Part shown: piece after piece, positions 1-10,509 of the stretch
Numbering within the stretch: position 1 is the stretch's first letter
Layout: each line of letters starts with the position of its first letter
NCBI GenBank assembly: GCA_023261845.1
Contig: JALNJZ010000002.1
Span: forward strand, 1-64,000
Length of the DNA stretch: 64,000 nt
Direction: 5' to 3'
DNA from: Candidatus Terraquivivens tengchongensis
Lineage (GTDB): Archaea > Thermoproteota > Nitrososphaeria_A > Caldarchaeales > Wolframiiraptoraceae
The notes under the pieces: generated by a model
Database searches by the model: none
Told to the model about the DNA's origin: nothing
What the model saw: only the letters and a program-made list of their open reading frames with translations
Made by a program: the position numbers and the translations under genes

Positions 1-94
1 GTTATGTTTAAAGTTTTTTTTCTCAAACTGATTTTGCCCGTAACTATAAATGTTATATAGAGTTGTCAACCTTAATTGAAACAGCTGGTCTGAG

Positions 95-946
95 TTGAAA
101 GCTGTGCTACCTGCCGCCGGGTTGGGCACGCGTCTTTTGCCTATAACTAAAGAATTGCCTAAAGAGATGTTGCCAATTTTTGTTAGAAGCGTAGACGATG
201 GACTTTGTCTGAAGCCAATGATTCAAGCTATCTTTGAGCAACTTTATGACTTTGGCTTCCGGGAGTTTGTGATAATAGTCGGCAGGGGCAAGAGGGCTAT
301 AGAGGACCACTTCACGCCTGACAAAGGGTTTATAGAGTTACTCAAGATGAAGAACAAGCATAGCATGGCCGTTGAACTTGAGTCGTTTTACAATAAAATA
401 TTAACTTCCAACATAGTGTTTGTTAACCAACCAGAACCACGCGGCTTTGGTGATGCCGTACTAGCCGCAAGGTCCGTGGTTAATGATCCTTTCCTTCTTC
501 ACGCTGGGGATACATACATAATTTCTAAGAATGATGAACATCTCAAAAGGTTATTTGATGTCCATAAGAAATTCGGCGCTGATACGACAATCCTTATACA
601 AGAGATTGAGGATCCAAGAGCTTATGGTGTTATAGAAGGTAAAGAAGTTTCTGAAGGGGTTATCTTGGTTGAGAGTCTTGAGGAAAAACCTGAAAAGCCG
701 AGGACGAATTTGGCTATAATGCCCGTATACATTTTCGATCCAGTAATATTTAAGGCACTGGAAATAATCAAGCCTGGTAAGGGTGGAGAAATACAACTTA
801 CAGACGCTATTCAAAAGCTCGTCGATTGGGGCCTTAAAGTTTATGCAGTAAAGCTCAAACAAGATGAACAGAGGTTGGATATAGGAACGCCACAAACGTG
901 CTGGGAGTCTTTAATGCTCTCTTACAATTACTTCAAGAAGGAATAA
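95..946 (+). CDS. galU: UTP--glucose-1-phosphate uridylyltransferase (GalU-like)
   Basis: N-terminal PAAGLGTRLLPITKELPKEMLP motif, EKP and GEIQLTDA motifs; TTG start. Confidence 0.85.
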   Translation: MKAVLPAAGLGTRLLPITKELPKEMLPIFVRSVDDGLCLKPMIQAIFEQLYDFGFREFVIIVGRGKRAIEDHFTPDKGFIELLKMKNKHSMAVELESFYNKILTSNIVFVNQPEPRGFGDAVLAARSVVNDPFLLHAGDTYIISKNDEHLKRLFDVHKKFGADTTILIQEIEDPRAYGVIEGKEVSEGVILVESLEEKPEKPRTNLAIMPVYIFDPVIFKALEIIKPGKGGEIQLTDAIQKLVDWGLKVYAVKLKQDEQRLDIGTPQTCWESLMLSYNYFKKE

Positions 947-949
947 AAT

Positions 950-1981
950 ATGTTGGATAAAATAATCTCTGAAGATGTAGACTCGATAGTTGTTAGGATT
1001 GGAAAAATTGGCGAAGTTCTGGAGACCTGTAAGATACTCGTGACAGGCGGTGCCGGATTCTTAGGCAGCTACGTTTGCGATGTCCTAAATAGATTAGGAG
1101 CGAGTGTTGTGTGCGTTGATGATTTATCTAGCGGTAAATTGGATAACATAGACCACTTACTTGAAAATGAAAAGTTTGTTTTTATAAGGGCAGATGTGTC
1201 AAACTTTGAATCGGATGAGAAGTTTAATTATGTTCTACATATGGCCAGTCCGGCGGTTCCGGAGGAGTACAAGTCTAGACCCGTTGATACCATGAAGGCT
1301 AACTCGGTCGGTACATTAAACATGCTAGAGATCGCAAGAAAAAGTGATGCAAAAATACTCTTTACATCTACGAGCGAAGTTTATGGTGATGCAAAAATTT
1401 TGCCAACACCAGAAACTTATTGGGGCAATGTAAATCCGATAGGACTTAGGAGCTGCTACGACGAAGGTAAAAGGTTCAGCGAGGCTCTCATCATGGCTTA
1501 CATACGACAATATGGGTTAGATGCAAGGATCGTGAGAATATTCAATAGCTTCGGCCCACGTATGAGGGCCGATGGTGTGTACGGCAGGGTCGTATCGAGG
1601 TTCATAGACCAAGCATTATCCGGAAGGCCTATAACGGTTTATGGTACAGGGAGACAAACCAGATCTTTCTGCTACGTTTCTGATACCATAACAGGCATAA
1701 TGTTGACTTTACTTAGCGACAGGGCTAAGGGCGAGGTTATAAACATAGGCAACCCACGTGAAACAACTATACTACAACTCGCGAAGCTCGTTAAGTGCAT
1801 GACCAACAGCAACTCGAAGATAGTGTTTAAGAAGTTGCCTCAGGATGATCCTAGGAGGCGTGTACCAAACATAAGGAAGGCAAGAAGGTTACTCGGCTGG
1901 AGACCACTCATAAAATTAGAAGATGGACTAAAAAGAACAATCGAGTGGTTTAAGTTAAGGGAGGGAGTGTCTACCCGATGA
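950..1981 (+). CDS. UDP-glucuronate decarboxylase (UDP-xylose synthase) family SDR
   Basis: TGGAGFLG, STSEVYGD, ETYWGNVNPIGLRSCYDEGKR, DDPRRR motifs. Confidence 0.85.
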   Translation: MLDKIISEDVDSIVVRIGKIGEVLETCKILVTGGAGFLGSYVCDVLNRLGASVVCVDDLSSGKLDNIDHLLENEKFVFIRADVSNFESDEKFNYVLHMASPAVPEEYKSRPVDTMKANSVGTLNMLEIARKSDAKILFTSTSEVYGDAKILPTPETYWGNVNPIGLRSCYDEGKRFSEALIMAYIRQYGLDARIVRIFNSFGPRMRADGVYGRVVSRFIDQALSGRPITVYGTGRQTRSFCYVSDTITGIMLTLLSDRAKGEVINIGNPRETTILQLAKLVKCMTNSNSKIVFKKLPQDDPRRRVPNIRKARRLLGWRPLIKLEDGLKRTIEWFKLREGVSTR

Positions 1982-2472
1982 TGCTCCCGGGTATTAGGAT
2001 AAAGGATATCAATAAACTGCCGGATGAAAGGGGCTTCTTCGCTGAGGTGTTTAGGGACGACTGGCAGGAGTTACTAGAAGGTGACAGAATCGTTCAAGCC
2101 AATGTTTCACTAACATACCCTGGCGTGATTAGGGCATGGCACAGACATTCGAGAGGACAAGTAGATTACTTCATAGTCTTGCGTGGAGCGCTGAAAGTTG
2201 CAGCATATGACGATGAGGAGGAGTCACCTACAAAAGGGCAACTTTGCGAGGTAATCTTGAGTAATGAAAGGTTTCAACTACTCCGCATACCGGGACGTTA
2301 CTGGCATGGCTTTAAGGCGATATCACCAGAGCCTACGCTTACACTTTATTTTACGAACAGACTTTACGACTATTCAAAACCAGATGAAGAAAGGAGACCT
2401 TGGAATGACCAGAGGATAATAGATCCAAGGACCGGGAAGCCTTACGATTGGAATGCACCACCGCATAGGTGA
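1978..2472 (+). CDS. rmlC: dTDP-4-dehydrorhamnose 3,5-epimerase
   Basis: DERGFF, RAWHRH, WHGF cupin motifs; in rml operon. Confidence 0.85.
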   Translation: MMLPGIRIKDINKLPDERGFFAEVFRDDWQELLEGDRIVQANVSLTYPGVIRAWHRHSRGQVDYFIVLRGALKVAAYDDEEESPTKGQLCEVILSNERFQLLRIPGRYWHGFKAISPEPTLTLYFTNRLYDYSKPDEERRPWNDQRIIDPRTGKPYDWNAPPHR

Positions 2473-3479
2473 AGCGCATGAGGGTTCTCTTAACAGGCGG
2501 TTTGGGATTCATAGGGAGCCACTTGGTGAGGAAGTTTGTCGCTAGCGATTGGTGTACTAATCTGATAAACTTGGATAACATGAGCTTCGGTTCAAACTTA
2601 AATAACGTTAAAGATGTCGAGACAAACAAAAAATATACCTTTGTTTATGGTGACATAAGAGATCCTGAATTAGTATCTAAATTGATTAAGGATGTAGATG
2701 TTGTCGTTAATGTTGCGGCGGAGACGCATGTTGACAGGAGCATATCGAACCCTAGACCTTTTGTGGAAACGAATATAGTGGGCACTTTTAACCTGCTTGA
2801 GGCGTGCAGACACAATGATGTTAGACTCTTCATGCAGATTTCAACCGATGAGATCTATGGCGATGCAGTAGATGGTAAATCATTCAACGAGAATGATGCC
2901 TTCAGACCCAGCAGCCCATACTCAGCAACGAAGGCGGCGGCCGACTGTCTAGTGATGGCATACAACAGAACTTATGGACTTAATACGATAATTACTAGGT
3001 CTACTAACAACTTTGGCCCTTATCAGCATCCGGAAAAGCTCATACCGAAGACGATAATCAGAGCAGCCCTAGGTCTAAAGATACCTATCTATGGTACCGG
3101 TAAACAGGTCAGGGATTGGATATATGTCGAAGACCATGTAGAAGCGGTGGAGTTGGCTCTTCTGAAAGCAAAAGGTGGGAAGATATACAACATTTCAGCA
3201 GGCAACGAAGTTAGCAATTTAGAGATTGTAAAGCAAATTCTAAATATAATGGATAAACCAATAAGCCTTATCGAGCATGTTGAAGATAGACCTGGACACG
3301 ACATAAGGTATTCACTCGATTCTTCACTCATAAGGTGTGAGTTAGGATGGGCACCGAGGCACAATCTTTTCGAGGCCCTAAAGAAGACTGTGAAATGGTA
3401 CATGGAGAATGAATGGTGGTGGAGACCTTTAACGGATGAGAGAACACTCCACCCAACACCTTGGAAGATTAAGTGGTAA
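2469..3479 (+). CDS. rmlB: dTDP-glucose 4,6-dehydratase
   Basis: AAETHVDRSI, STDEIYG, PSSPYSATKA, DRPGHDIRY. Confidence 0.92.
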   Translation: MKRMRVLLTGGLGFIGSHLVRKFVASDWCTNLINLDNMSFGSNLNNVKDVETNKKYTFVYGDIRDPELVSKLIKDVDVVVNVAAETHVDRSISNPRPFVETNIVGTFNLLEACRHNDVRLFMQISTDEIYGDAVDGKSFNENDAFRPSSPYSATKAAADCLVMAYNRTYGLNTIITRSTNNFGPYQHPEKLIPKTIIRAALGLKIPIYGTGKQVRDWIYVEDHVEAVELALLKAKGGKIYNISAGNEVSNLEIVKQILNIMDKPISLIEHVEDRPGHDIRYSLDSSLIRCELGWAPRHNLFEALKKTVKWYMENEWWWRPLTDERTLHPTPWKIKW

Positions 3480-4381
3480 GCTTGAGGCTACTTGTAACTG
3501 GTGGTTCAGGTCTGATAGGCAGGCAACTCTGCCTAGAGGCTGTTAGGAGGGGGTATGAGGTTTATGTAGCTGAGCATGAAGTAAGCGTTGATGTTGGCAT
3601 TCCCGTGAAGCTCGACCTACTCAACCCATTAAGCATAGAGTCGGCTTATGAGGAGTCAAGGCCTGATGTTGTTATCCATGCTGCAGCGTTAACAGATGTG
3701 GATTTATGTGAAAGGAATGCAGAATTAGCATTTAGAATAAACTATAATGCGACGGCGCAAATAGCATTACAAGCGAAAAGGAACAACGCGTTTCTCATAT
3801 ACATCTCAACAGACTATGTGTTTAACGGAGCAAAAGGGATGTATAAGGAGACGGATGAACCAGAACCGATAAACGTCTATGGTTTGTCTAAGCTAAAAGG
3901 TGAAGTTGCTGTAAAGGAATTTGCTGGCGAGTGGTGTATCGTAAGGCTCAGCACACCCTACGGTATTCATAATAAGAAAAAGACGTTTCCTGAATATGTG
4001 ATAACTAAGCTCGCAAAGGGCGAAAGAGTTAAAGTTGCATACGACCAATTCACTTCACCCACATACGTCCCAAATTTCTGCAAGATGCTCCTAGAAGTTG
4101 CAGAACGGGGTATTCAAGGCATACTACACTTATCGGGTAGCACGAGGGCGTCCAGACTAGATGTGGCTGTAAAGGTGGCCGAGTTGCTTGATCTAGATAA
4201 AACTTTGATAGAGCCAACATCCATTTCAGAACTTAAACTAGATGCGAAAAGACCGATGGATTCTTCGCTTGACGTTTCAAAAGCTTTGCAAATTCTAAAG
4301 GAAAAACCCATGACGTTAGAAGTTGGTCTTAATGAATTTGTCCGCAACCTTTATAGAGTAAAAACTTCGGGGAACTATTAG
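3473..4381 (+). CDS. rmlD: dTDP-4-dehydrorhamnose reductase
   Basis: TGGSGLIG, STDYVFNG, YGLSKLKGE, DQFTSPT. Confidence 0.9.
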   Translation: MVSLRLLVTGGSGLIGRQLCLEAVRRGYEVYVAEHEVSVDVGIPVKLDLLNPLSIESAYEESRPDVVIHAAALTDVDLCERNAELAFRINYNATAQIALQAKRNNAFLIYISTDYVFNGAKGMYKETDEPEPINVYGLSKLKGEVAVKEFAGEWCIVRLSTPYGIHNKKKTFPEYVITKLAKGERVKVAYDQFTSPTYVPNFCKMLLEVAERGIQGILHLSGSTRASRLDVAVKVAELLDLDKTLIEPTSISELKLDAKRPMDSSLDVSKALQILKEKPMTLEVGLNEFVRNLYRVKTSGNY

Positions 4382-5449
4382 ATGAAGGGTCTACTCTTAG
4401 CAGGGGGGCATGGAACTAGGCTGAGGCCTCTTACGTTTACCGGCAACAAGCACCTTCTCCCTGTTGCCAATAAGCCGATACTCTTCTACGGACTTGAAAA
4501 CTTGGCTAGGGCAGGTATAGAGGAGGTTGGAATAATACTTGGACCGATAAAAGAAGGCATCGTAGAAGCTGTGGGTGATGGGGCAAAGTTTGGTCTAAAA
4601 GTTACATACATACATCAACCGGAGCCACTCGGCATAGCTCACGCCATTATGATATCTGAAGAGTTCCTCCGTGGTGAGCCTTTTGTTGTGTATCTCGGTG
4701 ATAACTTGCTCAAGAACGGGATTGAATCTTTTATAAAACTTTTCGAAGAAAAGCAGAGTGATGCCGTGATAGGCGTGACACCTACAAAGGAGCCGCAGAG
4801 ATTCGGCGTTGTGGAAATGGAAAATGGAAAGATTGTCAGACTTGTGGAAAAGCCAAAACAGCCGAAGAGTAATCTCGCATTGGTTGGAGTTTACGTTTTT
4901 AACGACTCCATATTTGAAGCGTGTAAGAAGATTAAACCATCTTGGAGAGGTGAGTTGGAGATAACTGATGCCATACAAACGCTTATCAACATGAACAAAA
5001 AAGTGGATGTCAATTTTGTTGAAGGTTGGTGGAAAGATACAGGCAAACCAGAAGACTTACTTGAGGCTAATCAGTTAGTTCTTCAAGAGCTCGAGCCTTA
5101 TAATAAGGGAAGCTTAGAGGATGGAGTGATAATAACGGGTAACGTCGTTATCGAAGAAGGGACTGTAATACATAGGGACAGCACCATAAGAGGGCCCGCC
5201 ATAATAGGCCGTAATTGTGAAATAGGGCCAAATGTATACATAGGCCCATACACATCTATAGGTGACGGAACGAAGATAGTCGGTGCAGAGATAGAAAACA
5301 GCATAATAATGAACAACGTCTTCATAGAATGTAACAGGAGAATAGTTGATAGTATAATCGGCAATTACTCTACGATAATAGAGCATGAAAAAAATAGACC
5401 GAAAGGTTTTAAGTTCATCCTTGGAGAAAGGACGTTTGCTAGCATATAG
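4382..5449 (+). CDS. rmlA: Glucose-1-phosphate thymidylyltransferase, long form
   Basis: GGHGTRLRPLT, PSWRGELEITDA, WKDTG and C-terminal hexapeptide repeats. Confidence 0.9.
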   Translation: MKGLLLAGGHGTRLRPLTFTGNKHLLPVANKPILFYGLENLARAGIEEVGIILGPIKEGIVEAVGDGAKFGLKVTYIHQPEPLGIAHAIMISEEFLRGEPFVVYLGDNLLKNGIESFIKLFEEKQSDAVIGVTPTKEPQRFGVVEMENGKIVRLVEKPKQPKSNLALVGVYVFNDSIFEACKKIKPSWRGELEITDAIQTLINMNKKVDVNFVEGWWKDTGKPEDLLEANQLVLQELEPYNKGSLEDGVIITGNVVIEEGTVIHRDSTIRGPAIIGRNCEIGPNVYIGPYTSIGDGTKIVGAEIENSIIMNNVFIECNRRIVDSIIGNYSTIIEHEKNRPKGFKFILGERTFASI

Positions 5450-5521
5450 ATTAGCACATCCATGTTATTGAGGAAAGATATTCGTATTAGCTCAATCTGA
5501 TTTTTATTCCTTCTTTCTTAG
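5421..5521 (+). repeat. Diverged direct repeat, copy 1 (intact rmlA 3' end + relic of argG 3' end)
   Basis: Aligns to 8679-8782; shares TTTGCTAGCATATA, CATGTTATTG and an identical 22-mer ATTTTTATTCCTTCTTTCTTAG (5500-5521). Confidence 0.85.
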
Positions 5522-5896
5522 TACCTGGCGTTCTCCGGGACGATATTTTCAGCTCACAACCGCTACGTTTCTTTTACACTAGCCCTATCCTTATGTTCAC
5601 CCTTCTACACAATTAATGTACCTATGTCATATTTTACCCGTGTTCATGATGGTAGTCAGCCGTAACACCTCAGATAATTTATATTGAGCGTAAGATCGTA
5701 GACGAATTTTCCGAGAAGTGTCAAACTTGAGAGGTTATCAGTTTTTGTATAGAACTCAACTACACGTGAGTTTACAAAGCTAGCATCGCTCATTGTCATT
5801 TCTATCATAATGTGTTAATTAAAATATTTGTGCAACCATTCTTTAGAAATTAAACATTTAAATAACACACAGTTTCTTTATGGGTCGCTAAGAGTT

Positions 5897-6568
5897 ATGA
5901 ATAGTGCTACCTATGGATTTGAGCTTGGTGAGTTTCTTAGAGCGTTAAGCGCCGGCTTTTTTGAATGGGCACCTAGACTACTATTTTTCATCGTTATATT
6001 GCTAATCGGTTGGATAATCGGTAGGCTACTTTATTCTATTGTCTCTAGGATCGTCGGGAGGATGGGCTGGGAGCACTATATGCGTAAGACAGCAATTGGT
6101 AGAGCAATACTTAGTTCAGGCTACACCGCAGGCACATTCTCAGCATCTCTCGTTAAATGGTTAGTTTACTTCATTGCTATACTTTATTCATTCTACACAC
6201 TGAATATACCAGAACTGTCTGCAGGAGTTTCACAAATACTTGCGTACCTTCCGAGTCTTGTTGCTGGTGTAATAATCCTCATTGTGGGATTAATACTTGC
6301 TGATTGGACCGCCGAGCTCATCAAGCAAGGTCAGTCTAAGAGCGGGTTATCAATGTTGGCTTCAGATGTTATCAGGGTATTTTTGTATTTCATTGTAATC
6401 ACGGTGGCACTTGCAAACATGCGTATTGACATTACAATAATCTACATATTCGCTACACCTATAGCATGGGCCGTAGCAATAATACTAGGAATAATTGTTG
6501 GTTGGATTCTGAAAGACAGGGTTAAAGAGTTTATTGAGAATGTGCTAAAGGAAGGCGAGAGGCGATGA
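5897..6568 (+). CDS. MscS-associated TM-helix repeat membrane protein (CmpX/MSC-like)
   Basis: Two repeats of the Y/WxPxLxxxIxILxIGWIIx helix pattern; ORF track starts at 5828, ATG at 5897 more plausible. Confidence 0.7.
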   Translation: MNSATYGFELGEFLRALSAGFFEWAPRLLFFIVILLIGWIIGRLLYSIVSRIVGRMGWEHYMRKTAIGRAILSSGYTAGTFSASLVKWLVYFIAILYSFYTLNIPELSAGVSQILAYLPSLVAGVIILIVGLILADWTAELIKQGQSKSGLSMLASDVIRVFLYFIVITVALANMRIDITIIYIFATPIAWAVAIILGIIVGWILKDRVKEFIENVLKEGERR

Positions 6569-7323
6569 GGTTGTCCGGGATATTCGCAGACTATGACGGA
6601 ACACTGGCCCCAAAAAACATTACACGTGTAGAATCAAAACCCTTAGAAGGAATTAAGGACAGTATTGATGGAGTTAGGAATTATGGAAAGTTCATCGTGA
6701 TAAGCACGAAGGACTACTGGTTTCTTGTAAGTAGATTGCCAAATTTAGATGCGATAGGGTGCATAGGTGGAATAGAGGCCGTTATAGGAGATAGAGCTTG
6801 GATAAAGAAAGGCATAGCGCAAAAGCTTAAAGTAATTAGTAAACTATTGAATGCCTCGTTTCGAATAGTTGTAGATCCTGACGTTGTTTTTGAGATAAAG
6901 GCCTTAAGGAATAGGAAAGTTGCTGGTTTGTGTATTGATTGGCGCTATGGAAGGGTTCCTACCAAGAATCTTGTGGAAAAAATAAAAGAAATAGCGAGAA
7001 AGCTTAATCTTTATGTTGAAGAATACGAGTGCGAACCATTCCTAGACATCTTCCCAGTTAAACCAGATAAGGGAGTTGTTGTATCTTTCATAAAAGACGT
7101 CCTTGGTATAAATGGACCCATAATGTATATAGGAGATAGTAAAATGGATAATCCCGCTTTCAAGGTTGCTAATATCTCTGTGGGCGTGCTCCACGGGCAT
7201 AGCGCTCCGGAGCTGGAGTGTCAATATTTTATTAAGTTTGAAAATGTCCCAAAACTTCTTTCAGAACTTGTTAACCTCAAATTGAATTTTGACCCGAGTC
7301 GCCTACCGTTTTGCAGAGTTTAA
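6565..7323 (+). CDS. HAD-IIB phosphatase, trehalose-6-phosphate phosphatase-like
   Basis: DYDGTLAP motif I, DKG, YIGDSKMDNPAF motif IV. Confidence 0.75.
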   Translation: MRLSGIFADYDGTLAPKNITRVESKPLEGIKDSIDGVRNYGKFIVISTKDYWFLVSRLPNLDAIGCIGGIEAVIGDRAWIKKGIAQKLKVISKLLNASFRIVVDPDVVFEIKALRNRKVAGLCIDWRYGRVPTKNLVEKIKEIARKLNLYVEEYECEPFLDIFPVKPDKGVVVSFIKDVLGINGPIMYIGDSKMDNPAFKVANISVGVLHGHSAPELECQYFIKFENVPKLLSELVNLKLNFDPSRLPFCRV

Positions 7324-7335
7324 GGGTGCAGAGTA

Positions 7336-8556
7336 TTGAAGATTGCCGTCTTGATGTACCAGACTAGCCTGACTAAGGGCCAGGAACTTGTTGCACTTCG
7401 AATGGTGAAAGGGCTACGTAAGCAGAGAAAAGATGCCTTTCTTTTGTCTACTTTGTTCCATGATGGGAAGCGCGTTCCTTGGTACGAGCAAGTGTTAAAG
7501 AGTGTGAGGGGCTACGTGGTTAAAGAAGAATTTGGTGTTCCTGTGATAAGGATGGATGGCTACATATCTAGCTGGCCTCCAAGGAGAATCATGCTTAGGG
7601 ATGCACAATCAACATTCAGATATATTGTTGAGGACTTAGGAGTGGAATGCTTTATAGTCCATAGCACGCTATGGAACGGCCCGGAGGAACTCACCCGTTT
7701 CAAACTATGGAGTGACATGATGCTCAAGGAGGAGTTGAGCGATAGAAGGTTGATAGCATGCTTCATGCCACACTACCAACCTCCGAGTCCTATACATTAC
7801 CCACCAATTGAAAGGCTGTATAGAGAGGCATGGAACAGCACGGTATTTCCTATAATATTCAAGACGGCAGACCTGATACTTTGCACAACACCTGTTGAGA
7901 TTGATCAAATGATCGAACTAGGCGCAGATGCCAATAAGTGTCTCCTTTATCCTGGAGGGATTGATGAGGAGGCGTTCAACAATCTAGGTAAAGTAGATGC
8001 ATATTCAAGATTCAACATACCTAATGACGTTAAGATGATAACTTTTATAGGAACTGTGGAAAAGCGAAAGAATCCAGCCGCCATAGTTAAAATTGCTAAC
8101 AACTTACGTAACAGAAAAGACGTAATCTTCATCGTAGCCGGTTCACCATCCGATCAGGCTGATATTTTAATTAAAGCTACTCGAGTTCTTCCAAATTTCA
8201 GATACATTGGTGAAATTAGCGAGGATGAGAAGATCTCGTTGATAAGAGCGTCGTATGCTAACATCATCATGAGCAGGATGGAGGCTTTAGGACTAACGCA
8301 ACTAGAATTCATGTACGCCGGCAAACCCGTAATAACTTCAGCGATTGGTGGCCAACGTTGGCTGATCAGGAATGAAATCGATGGTATCCATGTTAACGGT
8401 CCGGAAGACATAGAAGGTGCGACAAAAGCTGTCTTGAGATTGATTGATAACGAGGAGCTTGCGAGTGATATGGGAAAGAACGCGGCAAAAAGGGCCGCAG
8501 AATTTACATTAAGCAGGATTACAGAGAATTTAATTAAACGTTTGGAAAGTTTGTAA
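7336..8556 (+). CDS. Glycosyltransferase family 4 (GT-B)
   Basis: EKRKNP and EALGLTQLEFMYAGKPVI (EX7E) motifs. Confidence 0.8.
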   Translation: MKIAVLMYQTSLTKGQELVALRMVKGLRKQRKDAFLLSTLFHDGKRVPWYEQVLKSVRGYVVKEEFGVPVIRMDGYISSWPPRRIMLRDAQSTFRYIVEDLGVECFIVHSTLWNGPEELTRFKLWSDMMLKEELSDRRLIACFMPHYQPPSPIHYPPIERLYREAWNSTVFPIIFKTADLILCTTPVEIDQMIELGADANKCLLYPGGIDEEAFNNLGKVDAYSRFNIPNDVKMITFIGTVEKRKNPAAIVKIANNLRNRKDVIFIVAGSPSDQADILIKATRVLPNFRYIGEISEDEKISLIRASYANIIMSRMEALGLTQLEFMYAGKPVITSAIGGQRWLIRNEIDGIHVNGPEDIEGATKAVLRLIDNEELASDMGKNAAKRAAEFTLSRITENLIKRLESL

Positions 8557-8678
8557 AGCTATTTTTAATTTAGAACAAGATTTTAAAAGTTTTAATTATT
8601 CAATAGCGAGGCATTGTTATCTACTATAAATGAAGTAAATTTCATGTTGATGTTAAACCATGCGCCCAAAGCTTTTCT

Positions 8679-8782
8679 TTGGATAAAAGATGTTTGCTAG
8701 CATATAAATTAGCATAATTCATGTTATTGGAAGACACGTATTTGTGCCATTCCAATACGAATTTTTATTCCTTCTTTCTTAG
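8679..8782 (+). repeat. Diverged direct repeat, copy 2 (relic of rmlA 3' end + intact argG 3' end)
   Basis: Aligns to 5421-5521; identical 22-mer at 8761-8782 contains the argG stop. Confidence 0.85.
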
Positions 8783-9955
8783 CGCCGCCCGGCCTAGGAC
8801 TGTCTCCAACCCCCATATCCTCACGAAGCCCTCAGCCATTTTTTGATCAAAAGCACTTTCACGTGAATACGTTGCCATGGCCATTGAGTACACAGGTCTC
8901 TCTGCCCTTCTTCCAACAATCCTAGCAGAACCCTTATACAGTTTTATCCTTACCTCACCGGTTACGTTCTCTTGTGATTTATCTATGAAAGCATTGAGCG
9001 AATCCATTAAAGGATCGACCCATAAGCCAGCGTAAACCATATAGCACCATTGCCTGTCGATCAATTGTTTAAACATCAGATGCCTTCCGCCTAAGGTCAT
9101 CTTCTCCAAATCGGCGTGGGCCTTGATTAACATGAGTGCAGCCGGAACTTCGTACACCTCCCTCGACTTTATTCCTACAACCCTATCTTCCACGTGATCC
9201 ACTATGCCAAAACCATGCTTTCCACCGATTTGGTTTAGACACTTTATTATCTCAGTCAAAGGTAATTCTTCACCATTTAGTGAAACTGGTACACCTTTTT
9301 CGAAACCTATTGTGATCTCTTCTGCTTCGTCCGGAGTATTCTCTAAAGGTGCAACAAACTTAAAGGCCTCTTGTGGAGGCTCTACCCATGGGTCTTCTAA
9401 CTCTGCTGCTTCTATCGACCTGCCCCATAAATTCTCGTCAATGCTGAACCTGCTCTTCTTAGGATGTATCGGTAGCTTTCTGGACAAGGCGTACTCTATT
9501 TCTTCATCCCTGCTCATGTTCCACTCCCTTACAGGTGCGAGTATCTTTATTCCAGGTGCTAGTGCCGCGAATGTTACCTCGAACCTTACCTGGTCGTTAC
9601 CCTTTCCAGTACATCCATGGGCTACGGCATCGGCGTTCTCCTTTAACGCCACCTTAACCGTTTCCTCAGCTATTAAGGGCCTACTAAGAGCAGCGGTTAG
9701 TGGGTACTCACCCTCATACAGAGCGTTAGCCTTGATGGCCCTTGCCACAAACTCTTTTGCAAACCTCTCTTTTGCATCCACGTAATAGTGTTTCACTGCA
9801 CCGCTCAACTTTGCACGTTCCGCTATCGCCGCAAAATCTTCCTCTTGACCAACGTCCACTGTTACAGTTATAACCTCTGCACCGTACTTCTCCTGAAGCC
9901 ACTTAATTATTACGGTCGTATCAAGGCCGCCGCTATATGCTAATGCCACCCTCAT
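8765..9955 (-). CDS. argG: Argininosuccinate synthase
   Basis: LAYSGGLDT, HGCTGKGNDQVRFE, SIDENLWGRSIE, KSREVYE. Confidence 0.97.
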   Translation of the reverse strand: MRVALAYSGGLDTTVIIKWLQEKYGAEVITVTVDVGQEEDFAAIAERAKLSGAVKHYYVDAKERFAKEFVARAIKANALYEGEYPLTAALSRPLIAEETVKVALKENADAVAHGCTGKGNDQVRFEVTFAALAPGIKILAPVREWNMSRDEEIEYALSRKLPIHPKKSRFSIDENLWGRSIEAAELEDPWVEPPQEAFKFVAPLENTPDEAEEITIGFEKGVPVSLNGEELPLTEIIKCLNQIGGKHGFGIVDHVEDRVVGIKSREVYEVPAALMLIKAHADLEKMTLGGRHLMFKQLIDRQWCYMVYAGLWVDPLMDSLNAFIDKSQENVTGEVRIKLYKGSARIVGRRAERPVYSMAMATYSRESAFDQKMAEGFVRIWGLETVLGRAALRKKE

Positions 9956-10080
9956 CGCGCATCCTTTAAAGGAAAAAAGCGTCTTATATAAAAAGACTGT
10001 TTAGAATTTTTATTATTCTTAAATTAGTTTTCAAGATTTTTTAGTAATGGTTTCCGTAAAGTATTTAACGAACGCCGTTA

Positions 10081-10509
10081 ATGAAAATACTTGCTATGGA
10101 CGAAATTGATAATAAAATAATCGAGATATTGAAAAAAGATGCAAGGAAACCTTTTGTGGAAATAGGCAAAGAATTGGGGCTCTCGGAAGGTGCCGTCAGA
10201 CGTCGTGTAAAAAACTTGATAAAGAATAACGTGATAACGAGGTTCACTATAGAAGTCGAGAAAGGGCATGCCGTAAGGGCAATAACGTTTATCACGATAG
10301 ACCCTGGGGTGCCGACACCGTTTGTGAGCGAGAAACTCGCTACCTTAGATGGTGTTGAGGGTGTTTACGAGTTGACTGGTGAATACGATGTGGCTGCCAT
10401 AGTCTCCGCCAACAACGTAGCTGGGTTAAATAGGTGCATCGAAGAGATAAGGAAAATAGAAGGTGTGAAGAACACGAACACCGTCTTAGTGCTAAGGGTC
10501 GTTAGATGA
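10081..10509 (+). CDS. Lrp/AsnC family regulator (LysM-like), divergent from argG
   Basis: DEIDNKIIEILKKDARKPFVEIGKELGLSEGAVRRRV HTH plus RAM domain. Confidence 0.88.
   Translation: MKILAMDEIDNKIIEILKKDARKPFVEIGKELGLSEGAVRRRVKNLIKNNVITRFTIEVEKGHAVRAITFITIDPGVPTPFVSEKLATLDGVEGVYELTGEYDVAAIVSANNVAGLNRCIEEIRKIEGVKNTNTVLVLRVVR

Noticed and set aside
9204-9785. Long antisense ORFs such as this 193-aa one opposite argG (also 43507-43974, 51567-52034, 56258-56722)
   Set aside because: Shadow frames of well-supported genes with no recognisable motifs
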